From: Chiloscyllium plagiosum
Lineage: Eukaryota
Direction of reading: 5' to 3'
DNA: 50,000 bases
NCBI RefSeq assembly: GCF_004010195.1
Contig: NW_025214733.1
Location: 1 to 50,000, forward strand
Shown: in pieces, positions 48,322 through 50,000 of the stretch
How positions within the stretch are numbered: the stretch's first letter is position 1
Layout of the letters: each line of letters starts with the position of its first letter
The notes under the pieces: generated by a model
Seen by the model: only the letters and a program-made list of their open reading frames with translations
Database searches by the model: none
What the model was told of the DNA's origin: nothing
Made by a program: the position numbers and the translations under genes

Positions 48322-50000
48322 AAGTGCTGGGAAAACACAGCAGGTCAGGCTGCATCCAAGGAGCAGGAGAGTCGACGTTTTGGGCATAAACCCTTCATCA
48401 GGAATATGGAGGTTGGAGGGACGGAGAGATAAATAGGAGGGTCAGGTTGGGGGAAGGTAGCTGGGAAGGCAATAGGTAGATGCAGGTTGGAAGGGAGGGT
48501 GAAGCGGATAGGTGGGAAGAAAGATGGACAGGTAGGACAGTGCTGAGTTGGAGGGTTGGCTCTGGGATGAGGTGGAGAGGGAGAGATGAGGAAACTGGTG
48601 AAGTTGATGTTGATACCATGTTGTTGGAGGGTCCCAAGGCAGAAGATGAGGCATTCTTCCTCCAGTCGTTGGGTGGCTTGGATGTGGCAGTGGAGAAGGC
48701 CTAGGACTCGCATGTGCTTGGCGGAGTGGAGTGGGAGTTAAAGTGGTCAGCCACAGGGTGGTGGGATTGCTTGGTGCGTGAGTCCCAGAGGCGTTCCCTG
48801 AAATGTTCTGTGAGTTGGCGTCCTGTCTCCCCAGTGTAGAGGAAACCACTTTGAGAGCAACAGACACAATAGATGAGGTGTTTGGATGTGCAGGAAAATC
48901 TCTGCTGGGTGTGGAAGGATCCTTTGGGGTCTTGGACGAAGTTGGGGGCGGGGGGGGAGAGAAGGTATGGGTGCAGGTTTTACACCCCTTACAGCAGTAA
49001 GAGAAGGTGCCGGGAGTGGAGGGAGGGTTGGTGGGGGATGTGGACCTAATGAGGGAGTCGCGGAGGGAATGGTCTGTGGAATGCAGATAGGGGTGAGGAG
49101 GGAAATATATCACTGGTGGTGGGGTCTGATTGTAGGTGGTGGAAATGGTAGAGGATAAGCACTGTATCTGGAGATTAGTGAGGTGGATGGTGGGGACTAG
49201 GTGGTTCTATTCTTGTTGCGGTTGGTTCAAGGGTGGAGGTGTGGAAAGTGGAGGAGATGCGCTGGAGAGCATTGATCACGTGGGAAGGGAAATTATGGTC
49301 CTTGAAATAGTGGAATTACTCCTCGTGGGAGCAGATATGGCAGATGCAAAGGAATTGAGAGAAAAAAAATGTTTTTACAGGAGAGGGGGAGGGCAGAAAT
49401 GTAGTCCAGGTAGCTGTGGGAGTTGGTGGGTTTGAAATAGATGTCTGTGTTGAGTTGGTCACCGAGATGGAGACGGAAAGGTCCAGGAAGGGGAGGAAGG
49501 TGTCCAAGTAAACTTGAGGTCAGGGTGGAAGGTGTTCGTGAAGTTGATAAACTGCTTAACCTCCTTGTGGGAGCATGAGGTGGTGCCAATACAGTCATCA
49601 ATGTAGTGGAGGAAAAGGTGGGAGATGATGCAACTTCAGAAGATGGAGGTTCCATGTATCTGAAGAGGCAGGCATAGCTAGGACCTATGCGAGTGCCCAT
49701 AGCTATCCATTTGGTCTGAAGGAAGTGGGAGCATTCGAAGGACAAGTTGTTGAGGGTGAGGACCAGTTCCACCAATCAAATAAGCGTGTTGGTGGAGGGG
49801 TACTGGTTGCGTCGGCAGGAGAGGAAGAAACTGGGAGCGTGGAGGCCTGGATAGACAAGTAGAGGGACTGGATGTCTATGGTGAAGATGAGGCGTCGGCG
49901 GAGGGTGTGGGTGGTGTTCGTAAGTATGTGGGGAGTTCCTGGATGAAGGGGGATCAGGACGGTGTCAAGATGTGAGGAGATAAATTCAGTGAGGCAGGAG
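48322..50000 (-). mobile_element. Penelope-like element (Neptune-type): RT, Cys-linker, GIY-YIG and 3' tail with hammerhead; runs off the window
   Basis: ELVLTLNN.SF, IAMGTRIGPSYACLF, FLDLSVSI, YFKPTNSHSYLDY, PGTFSYCCKGCKTCTH and LEEECLIFCLGTLQQHGINI. Hammerhead on the minus strand at 48374-48401 (CUGAUGA-A-GGGU-UUAU-GCCC-AAAAC-GUC; G12 mutated). Confidence 0.92.

Overview
Repeat-rich vertebrate DNA, almost certainly from a cartilaginous fish (shark), judging by the V-SINE/HE1-type SINEs, a Deu-domain SINE, CR1 LINEs and Neptune-type Penelope elements. The one host gene is a + strand forkhead gene best called FOXN2. It has a CpG-rich promoter (~15960-17700) with a near-perfect RFX X-box, two candidate non-coding 5' exons (ending 16723; 19977-20056), the first coding exon (ATG 29191 to 29730) and the next coding exon (45707-45834). 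The gene continues beyond the window. Most other ORFs in the track are decayed retroelements (CR1, Rex1/Babar, Tx1-like, Penelope-like) or noise. The most interesting structure is a set of minimal hammerhead ribozyme motifs (CUGANGA-stem II-GAAA with a 4-nt palindrome replacing helix III) from three Penelope-type tail families. Several occur as ~60-220 bp back-to-back palindromic mini-insertions, three of them with 14-15 bp target-site duplications, and their breakpoints cluster in or next to the ribozyme core. All coordinates were read by eye, and repeat boundaries are approximate.
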